Origin: Gnetum montanum
Taxonomy: Eukaryota > Plantae > Gnetophyta
Reading direction: 5' to 3'
DNA length: 64,000 bases
Assembly (NCBI GenBank): GCA_015680685.1
Contig: MNCI01000130.1
Coordinates: 3,566-67,565 of the forward strand
Shown here: positions 51,647 through 64,000 of the stretch, in pieces
Position numbering within the stretch: the first letter of the stretch is position 1
How the letters are laid out: each line of letters opens with the position of its first letter
Translations under genes and position numbers: made by a program
Notes under the pieces: generated by a model
Seen by the model: the letters and a program-made list of their open reading frames with translations, nothing else
Told to the model about the DNA's origin: nothing
Database searches by the model: none

Positions 51647-54600
51647 CCTCTCCATCCTAGAAGGCAATCTGTCGTCTCAATAATACTAGTGTGGCCTTCA
51701 CGCTAAAGCACCTGCTACAAAGCATTTCTATCCTAATACAAAAAATGAAAGTGGTGGTAAAAAAGGCCTGTTTGATGGTGCAATAGTGGGCATACCACTT
51801 GGAAGTATCATACTAGTGCTCTTGGTTGCAATAGTGGGCATACCACTTGGTTGTCACATGTTATGTTTGGAGATCATCCAAAAACTCAAATGAATCGAAT
51901 GGCAACACTGTTTCCTGTGACAGTCCAACATCAACCGTGCAGATGTTCGAAGAAAGTATAGGTGCTTTTACCAACATTATCTTCATTTCATTTTATGAAG
52001 AGTTTGAGCATGCATTGTCTGTATTTGACATCTATTGTTCTTGGGTGTTATTTTATTTATACAGTTGCCTTTGCATTGTTTGAAACTGGTTGTTAGCTTA
52101 TTGTTTATATTATTAAGCAACGAACATTGAGGTAGTGAGGTAGACAATGCAGATCCTTTTTATTGTTGTTGGTTATAGAATCCAACTTTGCATAGCCAAA
52201 ATAAGCCAGATTGTAAGTTTTTATGCATGGAATCATCAAGGCCCTACTCTTTTGCTAATTTAAAAACTATAAAAAACGTTTTTAATCTCACCATGCATCA
52301 TCATCATGATGTATGCATACCTACCATAATGCTAGACAACAATAGGAAGCTAAGACTGTAGCCTCTTCCCAGTGTCACAAACATCATCCAATTTACAATA
52401 ACTTTTTTTAGTATTCATCTTTTCAAAGAGACATAAATATCAATGGATAAGAAAGATTCAGTGGATTAAAGTATCCAGTAAAAAGAAAATGAAAAGCGAA
52501 ATATTACAGTAAAGGTTAAAAAAAAGAATAAAACAGGACAACAATATCTGAAGAAAGCAGTAACACCTGCAAGTAGGAATAACTTGTTCCTAAACATCTT
52601 TGTTCCAAAGTGACCACTCTATCTGCACAGCTGTGATAGGGTGATAGGATGAACAACGTGGGCTCTCCTAATGGTATCTGCAGATGGTTCTGAAAGCCCA
52701 TCATACTTAATCTTCCCTTCTTCAAGTAACTTGTTTAATTCCCCATTGGACTTATCAAAACCCACATTGAAAAACAGATCACTTTTTTAAACAAACAAAA
52801 ACAGAAATCTAAAATCTAACTTTGTTTGCTAAACCAAGCTATTGTAATTATGGTCATTGTAAAATTGTTTGTGCATGCTGCCGTTGTTCGCTCTTGAGTT
52901 GAAAGTGAACCGGTAAAGCATTCCTACACATAAGAGGCATGTGGTCATCAAGGATTTGTCATCTTTCTTACCTCCAATATTGTTGCTGAATTGCAAATGC
53001 CTCTCTATTGCTGTTGCTATGGCCATTTGCATATCCAAACATAATCTGTTTATCCTTTTTGAGACAATGAAATTCCCATAATTGGTTGGTTGAATGAAGG
53101 CTGAGTAGGTTTATTTCATTTTCTTGATTCATTAACTCAGAATATTGTTCATTAATTTGTGCTTTCCTAAGTATGATAGAAATAATGCATACAATTTCCT
53201 ACTATGAGCAAAGCATGTATGAAGCTTTTTTAATATTACATTATCCTTTTACAACACATCAATATTTTTGTTGAACATGCTCTTTTCGAATTTTGTGTGT
53301 AACAGTGGACGTTGAGAGTAGACAACCAAATTCTATGTCACAGAGGCTGCCTCCGAGAAGCAATAGTGGCAATGCGGACAAGAGGGAATCTATTGGTAAC
53401 ATTATCAAAAGTCCCATAGGTGCAAAAGCATTTTCTTTGATAGATTTGCTGGTAGCAACTAATTTTTTTAGTTAAGAAAATCTGATTGGAGAGGGAAAGG
53501 TGGGATAAGTTTATAGAGGCGAATTTCCAAACGGAAAGGTAAAACATATTTGGGTTGACACGCTTACCATGAAAATTTATGCACTTTACGTTTGTATAGT
53601 TATATCAGGCACTGGTTTGTGCATATTGTTGAGCATTCCTCTTTTCCAACATGTGAAGGCTATGCATCATGTGCATTCCACTTTTTCAAGAATTCATTGG
53701 TACAACTCCGAATAACTTTCAATTAAATTTTAACACCCAAATTGTACGAAACTTGGTAAACGTAAAAATTGGCTGATGAGATGGCTTTTGTCCTTGAAAT
53801 CTTACACTTTATTTTAGTGGTGGGAGGTCAGACCGACATGATTTTAAGCTTTTTGGAGTAGAATCCAACGCTAGCCAGTGCTGCATCCTTAATAATTTAA
53901 ATATGGTTTATTTGAGCTGCTCCTCTGTTCCAAAAATCCAATCTTGATTGCATTTCAATTCCCTATGCCCTGAACAATTTCATTCTCAACCCAAATCTGA
54001 ACTCTAGTGGAAATTTGAATAAAATACAGTTGAATCAGTCTTCAGTCCTAGGACCTAGCAATTTGGATTTGATTCTTCCTCAAAAATTTTAAAGTTTGGG
54101 AGATTTTGAAATGGGGAATGAGCCTCTTGACAGCTTGAAACCCACAACCAAGCAAACCAACAGATTGATTTGATTTTGTCTTTATTTCTCTATGCTTTCT
54201 GTGATTCTGTCTTTATTTTGTTCTTTTGCTTTATTTCTATTAAATATTTTCTTGAGTTCTTGGAAAAGGGAACTGAGAATATCACTTACAGTTTTATACT
54301 TAACAGCATACCAGTCTATTAATGACCGTGGTGATGTTAATTTTCAGATTATGGCTGTGAAGAAAATAGAGTGCTGGGCATTATCTGCTAACTTTGATGA
54401 AGCTTTCCTGGAAGCAGTTGCCAATATATCACGGTTACAACATAAGAACCTCATTGAGCTTGTTGGCTATTCCATTGAAAATGGCCAACACCTTCTTGTT
54501 TATGAATACTATGGCAATGGAAATCTTGAAAACATCTTACATGGTGGTGATGACAGTAGCCAGAAATTGACTTGGAATTGTTGTGTGAAGATTGCTCTCG

Positions 54601-57600
54601 GCATAGGCAAGGCTCTGCAGTGAGTTTTCCTTTCTTTAAAAGTTGCTGAATATATCATTTATTTATTTTGCACAAGGGATCAACAATACAGGCTATGATG
54701 TTTTGGTTTGGGAGACATCTGCACGAGATTTGTATGCCGCCTATTGTGCACAAAAACTTTAAGGCGGCAAACATTTTACTTGATGACAATCTCTACCCAC
54801 ATCTGTCAAACTTTGGAGTAGCCACATGTATTGTTAGAGCAGAGCGTCAGGTGCTGTAGTTTTTGTATTTACAGTATGCCTACAACAAGATTTCGATACA
54901 ATTAGACGCATTGACATTACATAGTTTATTTGTAGGTCCCTACACATATCTTGAATTCTTTTGGGAACAGCACTCTTGAACATGCCATGGCAGGAATGTA
55001 CAGTACAAAGGGTGATACATACAGTTTTGGTGTAGTCCTGCTTGAGCTTCTCACTGGCAGAATGCCCTTTGATTGGTATGTATCAATTGCTAGCTGACCC
55101 TGCCTCTCAGAAAAATCCTTTCACAGATGTTTTTCTATGGCCAAAGCAAAAACGTAATGTCAAGAACATATCAGCAAAATCAGCAAAATAATCTGTGAAT
55201 ATGTTCAAATTCTTAACATATCTCCATGTACCAAACTGTCTCAAATACTACTTTAGGGAGTGTATTAAGCACCAATCAAATTATCCCTTTGTGCGTTATA
55301 AAACACTGCTCTAGTTGTTTCTATGATCTTGGCTTAGCTTTAAAAAATTTGCATTAAAGAAGAATTGATGTTATTGTAATTTGTGTATTAAGCATGAATT
55401 AAGTTGAGACAAGGCTAAGATGATTATCAAGCACAAATCAAACTAACCCTTAGTGTGCTGGCTTAACTAAAAGAAACTGGCTTCAACATTTTAATGTTTC
55501 AAAATAAGATATAAAATTGTAATTACATCTCTGCTGCATTCAAAGATGATTAACAAAAACAGGGTATTATAATGCATTTATACATAAGAAGACACAGTCA
55601 GGACTTCAGACGAACCAGGAGGTTTTACACATTTTTTTTCACAAGTAGCTTTCTCATTCATCCTTAGAGGCAAAGCATCTGTGATGAAAATCCTATTGCA
55701 AAAATTCAACATATTTCCCATGTTGATTTTATCAACCAGCAGCGGCAGCACTGGCTTTCATCTGAGTTCCTACCAAAATAGACCACATTACATGCACATC
55801 CTCATATGCACAAGGCCTCACATCTTCATACAGAATGTGGATTCCCCTCTTTGTAATCACAACAAAAAAGCAATTACAGATCAGATGACCCACTTTTAAT
55901 ACCAGCTATTTGATTCCTTGTTTGCAATCTTTTCATGTTGTAACATGACTGAGTAGAATAGGCATGAAAATCAAATAACAATGCATGCACTACTACTCAT
56001 TGTTTTTGTGACCAAAATGGAAACTTGTTTGCAGTTTTCTCCAAATCTTGTTTAAAGGATGCATGATCTTGTGGACCCAAAAGCTGGAGCTGCCCATTCT
56101 GGCCACCAGCTTTCCCTGACACTGCAAACACAAAAATTCAAACGCTAAGAATACAAAACCACAAACTATGACTATTGTGAAAAAAAAAAAAACAGAAGAA
56201 GATAAGCATGGCTTGGCATTCTATATATAGGCTTAGTTCATTCTAATCTCTTTGCTAGTGCTATTCTGGATCAAGGGTGTGTTCTTGGTTTATTTTATTT
56301 CATACTGCTCTACAGATCATTGTGTTTTTCCAGGTTGATTTCACTCTGATCTTTTCACCATTGCAGTTCCAAGTGCTGGTTTGAGCAATCCCTCGTAAGA
56401 TGGGCAGTTCCCCAACTTCATGATATGGATGTGTTGGCAAAAATGGTTGATCCAACATTGAAAGGAATCGATTCGGCAAAATCTGTGTCTATCTTTGCAG
56501 ATATAATATCTGTGTCTTCCAGAAAGATAAATGTGTTTTGTTTTTAGCGTAAGAAAATCATAATTATCATTTAGTAAGATAAAACGAATTTGAAATTTTT
56601 TTATTTTTCATGGCAGCGGGAGCCAACATTCAGGCCTCTAATGTTAGTAATAGAAGAATGTCAAGTGAACAAGTGCGAGTGAGTTTAGTGTAATTAAGAC
56701 TATATGTAAATCATTTTGGATTATAGAAAATGAGATTTATGCTAACTTAGTGAATGCAGGACATGTGAAATTAGAGAATGGTTAGCCACAATCACTAGGT
56801 GACCTTAGAAAATTCCATTTCCCCCCTCAAGTGTGATGATCCATGGCTGTCCTGTGAGCAACAGGGCAAAGTGAGTTCCTCTCCGCTTGAGAACCCTTAG
56901 CCACCCAGGAGACCTGCTATGATGCCATCTACTTTATACATCTATTTTATACTTAAAGGCACATGCACGAGGGTTGAACTGCACCATGGGCAAAGTTTTC
57001 GATAGGACCATTTTTTTGGCAGTGTAGCTAATCGGCCAAATTCGTGTTGGAATTCCTACCTTAAAAATGAAGTGCACCATGAGCAAAGTTTCCTTTGGAA
57101 AAGAAAAAGAAAATAAAAAAGAAATAACAATGAGGACTATGTTCATTGGTAGTGTAATAAGTTTTTAAGCGTGATGGGGTCCAGCAGCAATCCTCACCTT
57201 AATATTTCATTCCCTATAATAAAGGAATCTAAGGAAAAATCCAAAAGTTGTGGCTGGCCATTTTCTAAAGAATCATGTCTTCTTCACGAAGTTTAGTACA
57301 AGTCTTGTGAAGTTTAGTATAAGATTGTCTGTAAATCATTTGTAAGGGATATCAATGACCCAGCTGTCCACTATGAATCATGTTGCAAGTCTAGTCCATA
57401 TGGATTATTAGTGAAGGCCATTTGTGAAGGTTTTTTATTCTTTTCTTTTTGGGGAAAAATTACCGAAAAGATGAGGCACCAAATGTTTAATGGGGTTGCA
57501 TTTTCATGTGAATTGGAGTGGATAATATTTATGGACAAATGCAGAAATTTTTTATATTTGTTGGCAAATGCTAAAGCTCCATTGGTGTAGCTTATACCAT

Positions 57601-58801
57601 GTAGTACATTATGGAAACTTGTTACCCAAATTGGGTATAGATTGTGATGATATATGGATTGGCTGTGTTTTATTTTGAGAATTATTGTTCTTAGTTCTTA
57701 TGAGAGTTAGTGTGAGGTACTATCTATGTTAAATATCATCAGTGTGAGCAATTATTAATATTTTCATTAAGCAAAACATAAAATATATTTAGTTCCTGGA
57801 ACAATGATTTCGGTAGTCCTTTTGGTTGTAGCATGGGAGTAGTGAGTAGCGGTTTGATGCTTCTATATTTGGTAATTTTATGTTACAAATGTCTCTGTTT
57901 CAGTTTGTCATATATGATAGCTTAGGAAGAGATCTATTTTCAGTATCAGACATTGTGTCTACCGTATGCAGAATATGTTCTTAGGAATTTCTATAGCTTT
58001 TTTTTCGCCTGTACATATGCCTAATTATGCCTAATTATATAGAAGGTTGATTGTCACTTTGGAATGATAGAATGCTTGCCATATTGTTGTTTCCATCATA
58101 GTTGTGAATTTTATATGTGACTTGTTAGATTTCCCTTTTGAAGTCTACTTTGCTTTGAATTTTTAATTTTGAATGGTTATATGTATGTTTGCTTGGCATA
58201 TGTGAAGGTTAACATGGAAAACCTAAGATAGGAGCATAGTATATGAACAGCAGTGTCTGAGGTGGCATGTACATTTTGCCTGTGATTTTTCACTATTAGC
58301 ATGAGCTACTTGACAGTATATGGGTTTCATATGCAGTTTTAAAGGATCTATTGGTATCTCTGCAGCAATATGTGCATGACTAAAGGCGAAATTGTGATAT
58401 TTACTTGTTAAATTCCCTGTGATACAGCTTGAAATATTCATATTGCAACAGTAACAAATTTGGGTGAAGCAAAATAAATAGGGAAGATGTATCTCGTAAT
58501 ATATATTAGTGGAATACAATATATGTAAGTGATGCTTGAAACTCTTAATAATGTTTTTGTTTAAACCAGTTTTATGCTTCTTTGTTCTAGGGTATAATGC
58601 TTCAAAATCATGTCAAATTTGAGTCTGATGTTACTTTGCTGAATTTGCATGGTCAGCTAGGCTTCTTGATATAGTGATTTTGCCTCTGATGTTATAGGTT
58701 TATCATATGTTAGCATGATCCACTCACCTTTTGTGAATTTTTGGGGTGGTTTGCCTAAATTTTTTCATTGCATGTTAATATCAAAATTCGCTGTTTTGCA
58801 G

Positions 58802-60070
58802 ATACTCTGTTGTCACTGCTGCTTGAGCCAAGGATTCCTTTTGCTACTTAGTTGATCAGTACAGAGCAATATTTTATTTTAATGAATTTGATTTTGCAAG
58901 TTCCTTCATTTCCACGTGCCACCTTGGGGCTTGGTAAAATTTTATATGATAATTTTCTGTGGTTACCTTAATGGGTTAGTCCATATTGATGGGATAAAAG
59001 CAGCAAGTTAATGATCATTCACCCACAAGATATTTGAGTTTTTTAATAGGGTATTTGTTTTGATTTTTCCAGAATAGAAAACAGGAGCTGGTGTTAACAG
59101 GTGTTCTGTATGAAGCAACAGCCCTTGTGGATTACGACTATTTGATTCAGAATAAAAGGGATCTACACAATGCTTCTTGTTTCAAAGCAAAGGATACAAA
59201 TAAAACCTTATTGAGACGGTTCATTGTGGCACAAAGGGCTATTCAATTTTTTAAGTGAAGAACATTGACGAAATTTATTCCTGAGATTTCTTGATTATTA
59301 AAAACTTTGTTCAAGTCTTCTCACTAAAGTAGTTATGGCAATGCCAGGTCTCAACGTGAGATGAGCTAGGCTGTATCTTTTGCAAAATCATTTACAAAGA
59401 TAACCATCCCTTCTGAATTGATGCACTGGCTAAATGGTGAATTTGGTTCCTCCAAAACATCATGGCAGAACCCACATGAACTCATCGGTTAGTTTTAAAT
59501 TCCAGTCTTTCTTGATGTGCTACATGCTTTCTCTGTGATATGTAAAATATGATTTATACCTATAATTTTCTTAGATTCTGAGCTACTTGCTTTTTCATTA
59601 ATCGTTATTGCAGGTTGGCTTGTGAACCCTGATGATGATAGCATGTTGAAGCAGATACTTTATAAGCATTCTTCCATGAGAGTCTTGGCGTAGTTTCCCA
59701 TCATTAGACAAACGAGGTGCTAGTAAGGACTACAAAGATTCGTTTTCTGCTGAGATGTCATTTATCACTGTTGCTCATGAGATGTGTGGAGTGAACAAGA
59801 AGTCTTCTGATAAATAGGATGTTCAGTATCATAGGCATGCACAACTTGAGTATTTAATGGATATCTATTCTTCGTCAAATTCTGATTTGAGTGAGAATGA
59901 ACATAGTGACTCTGATGCTACCGACAAGAGAGAAAAGGCATATTCAATGGCTGATTCACATATGATTGATTTAGAAGATCAGTATATATTGGAAGCAATG
60001 ATCTTGACAGTAAGTCAAAAAAGAAAAAGAAAAAAAAGAGTTGAATTGCAAGATTCAGTTGGGTAATATA
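58802..60070 (+). pseudogene. Decayed 3' exons of a plant protein of unknown function (resembles At5g11780-like proteins, from memory)
   Basis: Spliced fragments: DTLLSLLLEPRIPFAT*LISTE; ELVLTGVLYEATALVDYDYL...LLRRFIVAQRAIQFF; SQREMS*AVSFAKSFTKITIPSELMHWL...NPHELI|GWLVNPDD; and an acidic stretch followed by KRKRKKR. AG/GT sites at 59072, 59488 and 59613. Contains in-frame TAG stops. Confidence 0.55.
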
Positions 60071-63000
60071 TTTGTTGCTCAGAAACTATGGACTGAAATG
60101 AGAGCCAACTTCAATGTTGCTCGCAAACATGTGTCAAAATAGTGACATGGGATGACAAGCTGGTTAGTGTTCTTTGGGAAGATAGCATGTTACGCCAACA
60201 AACTCTGCATGAATGTTGGCCTTTGTTTCCCTCATTTTCCAGTCTTTATATTTTAATTATTCTGTTGCTTGTATAAGCATTCAGCCTTGTGTACCAAAAC
60301 AATAAATCTGCATGATATTGGTCTATCAGAAAAAGAAAAAAAAAGAAAAAAAAAGAAAAAAATAATAATACACCAAGGAATGCTCAATTTAGGTGCTTAC
60401 CTGGGAAAATATTGTTTCCAAGAATCATGAATGGTAGCACAAGATATTTTAGTGGAAAACAGACAATTTTTTTTAATAAGCCATAATTGTATAATGATGT
60501 TTTCTTTTCCACTATAAAATTACCATAAGAAGAATGCTGCATATTTATTTGTCATGTTTGAGAAAGTCATGGGCAAGTGGTGAATTTCATATTGTATTGC
60601 TAGGTATTTCTTTTGAGATTAAGCATTGAAAATCAGATTATACCAAAACTGCTCCATCCAATTTGGCTTAAGAATAAGCCTATGATTTCATGCTTTTAAG
60701 AAATCTTATTTTGATTGAGATAATGTTTTTCTTGGTTGTAGCAAAATTAATATCAATTAGTTTACTTACTTTCTATCCACAATTATATTCAGGTAGAAAC
60801 AATCTTCATTGGGACATCCACATGTCATATTTATTTGTTGTAATCTCCTATAATCTATGATTCAGACATAGCCTATTAAGTATTGGTTTTTCAAACTTTT
60901 CATCTCTATTGAAATATGCCATTATCCATCTTGCCATTCATCATTCTTTCATGAGGATTTCTAATTCACTTTTTCTATTTATTGTAATATGGCCCAAGGT
61001 TTCTACTGTAGTGAATATGCCTTTAAAATCATGCAATCATAGGTGCACTACTTGAGTCCACTTTTTGGAAGCACCTCTTCATTCTAGAACATGGACCGAG
61101 CCAAAGTGACCTTTGCATGCCCATTACCACATCCTCATGCATAATTGTATGACCTTATTCTTATGCAAGTTAGAGAACCAAGCCCAAATAATCTTGCTAA
61201 ATGGTGGTTTACTATGAATTCAACTATGCTATAGTCAGCATAGTAGGGTTTCTCTTGTATTTGAGTATTAAGTGGAAGCTTGCAATTTCTTCGAATCTAG
61301 CCTTTATCAATAGAGATCTGTAATAGGCAGTGCGCAACAATGATAAATGATATAGTTGTCATTTAATATTGCTTGAGTGATAATGGAATTGGTTGTCTTG
61401 GGTTTTATTAGTCTAGCTATTGTTTTAAGTTGCTACAATGATGAGTAGTAACAAAAACACTTTGTCTCTAGAATTTGCTGAGTTATGTTGAGCAATAGCA
61501 TAATCCTACCTTTTTTCTAATTCAATTTAAGTCATTGAAGGTTGCATGGTAAAAAGTAATAACAGTGAATTGTTATCATTGCAACTCAATTGCGATTGAT
61601 GCTTAGCAAGAAATAGAATTTTTAAAATTTAAACTTTTGATCTCACATGATTGAAGTTGTTTTACACTAAATTTGATGTCAATCTATAACTTAAAATAAT
61701 ATATCATAGATCTACTAAACTTTTGAGTGAAAATGAGTGATTTGTAATCAAAAGGAATGCATTTATATGAGAACTTGATCTTCATCCTTATAAACCATTA
61801 AAACTTCAACTAAAGACTTGATAATGAGATAGATATGAACATGAAACTAATTTTAAGGTATAATATATTAATGTTTTGATAAAGTTTAATTTAAGTTGAA
61901 CTAAAACTTAATAAATGCAAGCATATATTATATCAAATGAATTAGAAATTGAGAAAATGTATGAGAATTGATATGAGATTAATGAGAGAATATGAGATTG
62001 ATAGAAATTGTGATAGAATGAGAGAGAAATGTAAGAAATTGAACTTTAAATATGAAAATTGTTTGAAAGAAAATTGGAACATCTTGAATTATTCTTGAGG
62101 GATCCTCAAAACAATAAAACTTGATAAAATGATCAAAACATAAACTTGGCATCATGATATATGAGGGTGAACACTTTATTCATAGGTTTAGCAAGCACTT
62201 TGATACCATTTTTGGCATGCTTAATATATATGAAAGTCATGGGGCACTCTTTTCATTTTTGGAAAGTTGTTACAATGGTATATGATTTTAAAACATGAAC
62301 TATTGAAAAAGCCTATGAACTAGGACAACATTACAAACCATTACACACATGATAGTGAACACAAAGACAACACCATGGACATGAAAGACCATGTCATGCA
62401 GACAATCTCCAACATCCTTCACATCTACATGCCACCACCTTGGTCCATGTGTTCTAGAATACCATGTCAATGGCTACCACATGATGGCTACTACATCATT
62501 TTCATATTGTCTCTCTATATGCCTTGATGCTTTGTTATGTGGTTTTAGTCATGTTAGCTAGGAGTCATAAGTAGTTATTAAAAGTTATGTTGCATGGGTC
62601 CTAAGTCGTTCTCATGTTAAAAGGTGAAGCATCACTTATCAAGTTTGTCAATCAACTATGATATTGTAGATGTTACATTGCATTTGCATCAACGCATCCC
62701 TGTCAATGCATCTCATTTGACTACTACATCATAGATGCTATATGGTATCTGCTATATTGTAGCTACATTGATGCTACTATATCCAAGTGGAAAGACAATG
62801 ACCTATGATCAATGCTTAACAATCTTAGGCTACACTATTGACCAAATGATGGTTAATACATGATAGATGCTTGCATACTTAAAGGCAAATAAGAAGATTG
62901 TATCAACCCATATGTGTTGGTGTATCTCAAGCTACATCGACGCATATGCGTTGACAATGTTGTGTTGACATAGCTATGATATAGCATACATAATATAGCA

Positions 63001-64000
63001 TTTGCAATGTAGCATCTACGATGTAGCAGCCAACTAAGATGTATCAATGCATATGTGTTGACACAGATGCAACATGACATTTGCAATATTATAGGTGAAT
63101 GATATACTTGACAAGCAATGCTTCTTAAAAAGGGCTTTGAAAACTAATTTAGTGCATATATGATGATAAATGATGTTTGAAATGTTAGATCTAGAGTTCA
63201 TTGTTTGTTGTAAAGGACTTTCAACCCTCAATTAGATTTGAACTCATAAATTTCTTACAAATTAGTTTTATTTACTGTATTTTATCTTATCTTTAGCAAG
63301 ATGTGATCTCATTGCAACCTACTACAAATCATGCTTAACTTTTAGTGATTAATGCAAGTTATAAAGAGGTTGCTCTGCACTCACTGCGAGCTAGTGGCAA
63401 CATATAGAATTAACTTTCAGCCCATGGCTAGCTAGCACCCAACTCACATTCCACCTCACTTGCTATTGTCTCACAATGAAGTTGCACCACAACAGTCTCA
63501 GTTGTTTGAGTTCTTTCACATTGCAACTTGGTGACAGTTGTGGCCTAGTTGTGTTGAACTCATAACCCCCTTGGTTGAAGGTAGATTATAGCCAATGGTC
63601 TTCTCGTGGCCAATCCCCAACCCAAATTTTAGCCTACAATGATCTTAGAACTTGTAGTTTACTTCTTGAAGTCATGAGTACTGTTCCTAGCCTTCTCTAT
63701 TTCTAATAACTATTAAAACAAGTTTGTGAAATCCACATGTTATTGTTGCATATTTAACATTGAGAAAGCACTATTGTAATGCTCACCAAGGATTGTCATC
63801 CATACAACAATTACTTACAAAGCCAAGCAAATGATATCACAATTGGCTTACAAATTCCATTTCCTACTTTTGTAATAAATGTGGTTCAATGTAAATGTGT
63901 AATGTGCTTAACATCCATTCCATATGCCATCATCCATCAAATTCCATAGTATGGTACATACCATGTCATCAATATTATTTTATTAAAAATAGTAAGTTTA

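Larger units (their letters stand above)
45245..56682 (+). pseudogene. SRF: STRUBBELIG-RECEPTOR FAMILY (LRR-V RLK) pseudogene with introns
   Basis: Exons: 45245-45350 (signal peptide, tentative; exon 2 not seen, perhaps in a gap); LRR exons 48427-48498, 48603-48655, 48755-48826, 48907-48978, 50887-50958, 51067-51132 and 51391-51456 (72/66 bp, except the shortened 53-bp one); Pro-rich plus TM exon 51551-51961; kinase exons 53306-53538, 54348-54619, 54715-54850, 54936-55075, 56367-~56522 and 56617-56682. SRF signatures are [20 protein letters not shown] and [24 protein letters not shown]. It is disabled by stops, frameshifts and splice-site lesions. Confidence 0.9.

Noticed and set aside
56800-56930. 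snoRNA-like box C (GTGATGA) in a GC-richer patch
   Set aside because: No matching D box or terminal stem was found nearby.
61080-64000. Possible further TE: ~20-bp inverted repeat (61081 and 62460) and a PPT-like AAGGGGGTTA on the minus strand at ~63563-63572
   Set aside because: Probably decayed TE sequence, but I could not define termini, a TSD or coding domains.

Overview
Eukaryotic, AT-rich land-plant DNA. The repeat types would fit a fern, lycophyte or gymnosperm, but that is inference only. There are four assembly gaps: 34200-34660, 35242, 46629-46672 and 47956-48403. Layout: (1) 1-4131 holds the last two exons of an ILR1-like IAA-amino acid hydrolase, with a GC-rich TE-like insert in the upstream intron. 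(2) About 6.0-43.7 kb is a deeply nested retrotransposon island that can largely be reconstructed from termini, PBS/PPT and 5-bp TSDs. It contains a decayed Ty1/copia, several Athila-like Ty3/gypsy elements and solo LTRs (TGATG...CATCA), a 14.9-kb Tat-like gypsy with ~2.75-kb LTRs and an archaeal-type RNase H between protease and RT, a 3.2-kb solo LTR inside its integrase, a LINE remnant and tRNA-derived SINE-like copies. (3) 45.2-56.7 kb is an intron-containing STRUBBELIG-RECEPTOR FAMILY (SRF) LRR-RLK pseudogene. An apparently intact, intronless, antisense LYK/LysM-RLK-related pseudokinase ORF sits in its putative first intron. (4) 58.8-60.1 kb holds decayed exons of a plant protein of unknown function. 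I see no clearly new biological system. The most notable items are the nested antisense pseudokinase, the PR-aRH-RT domain order, the extra ORFs in the gypsy elements, and TSD evidence that segment 34661-35241 is inverted. All alignments and family calls were made by eye, without database searches.
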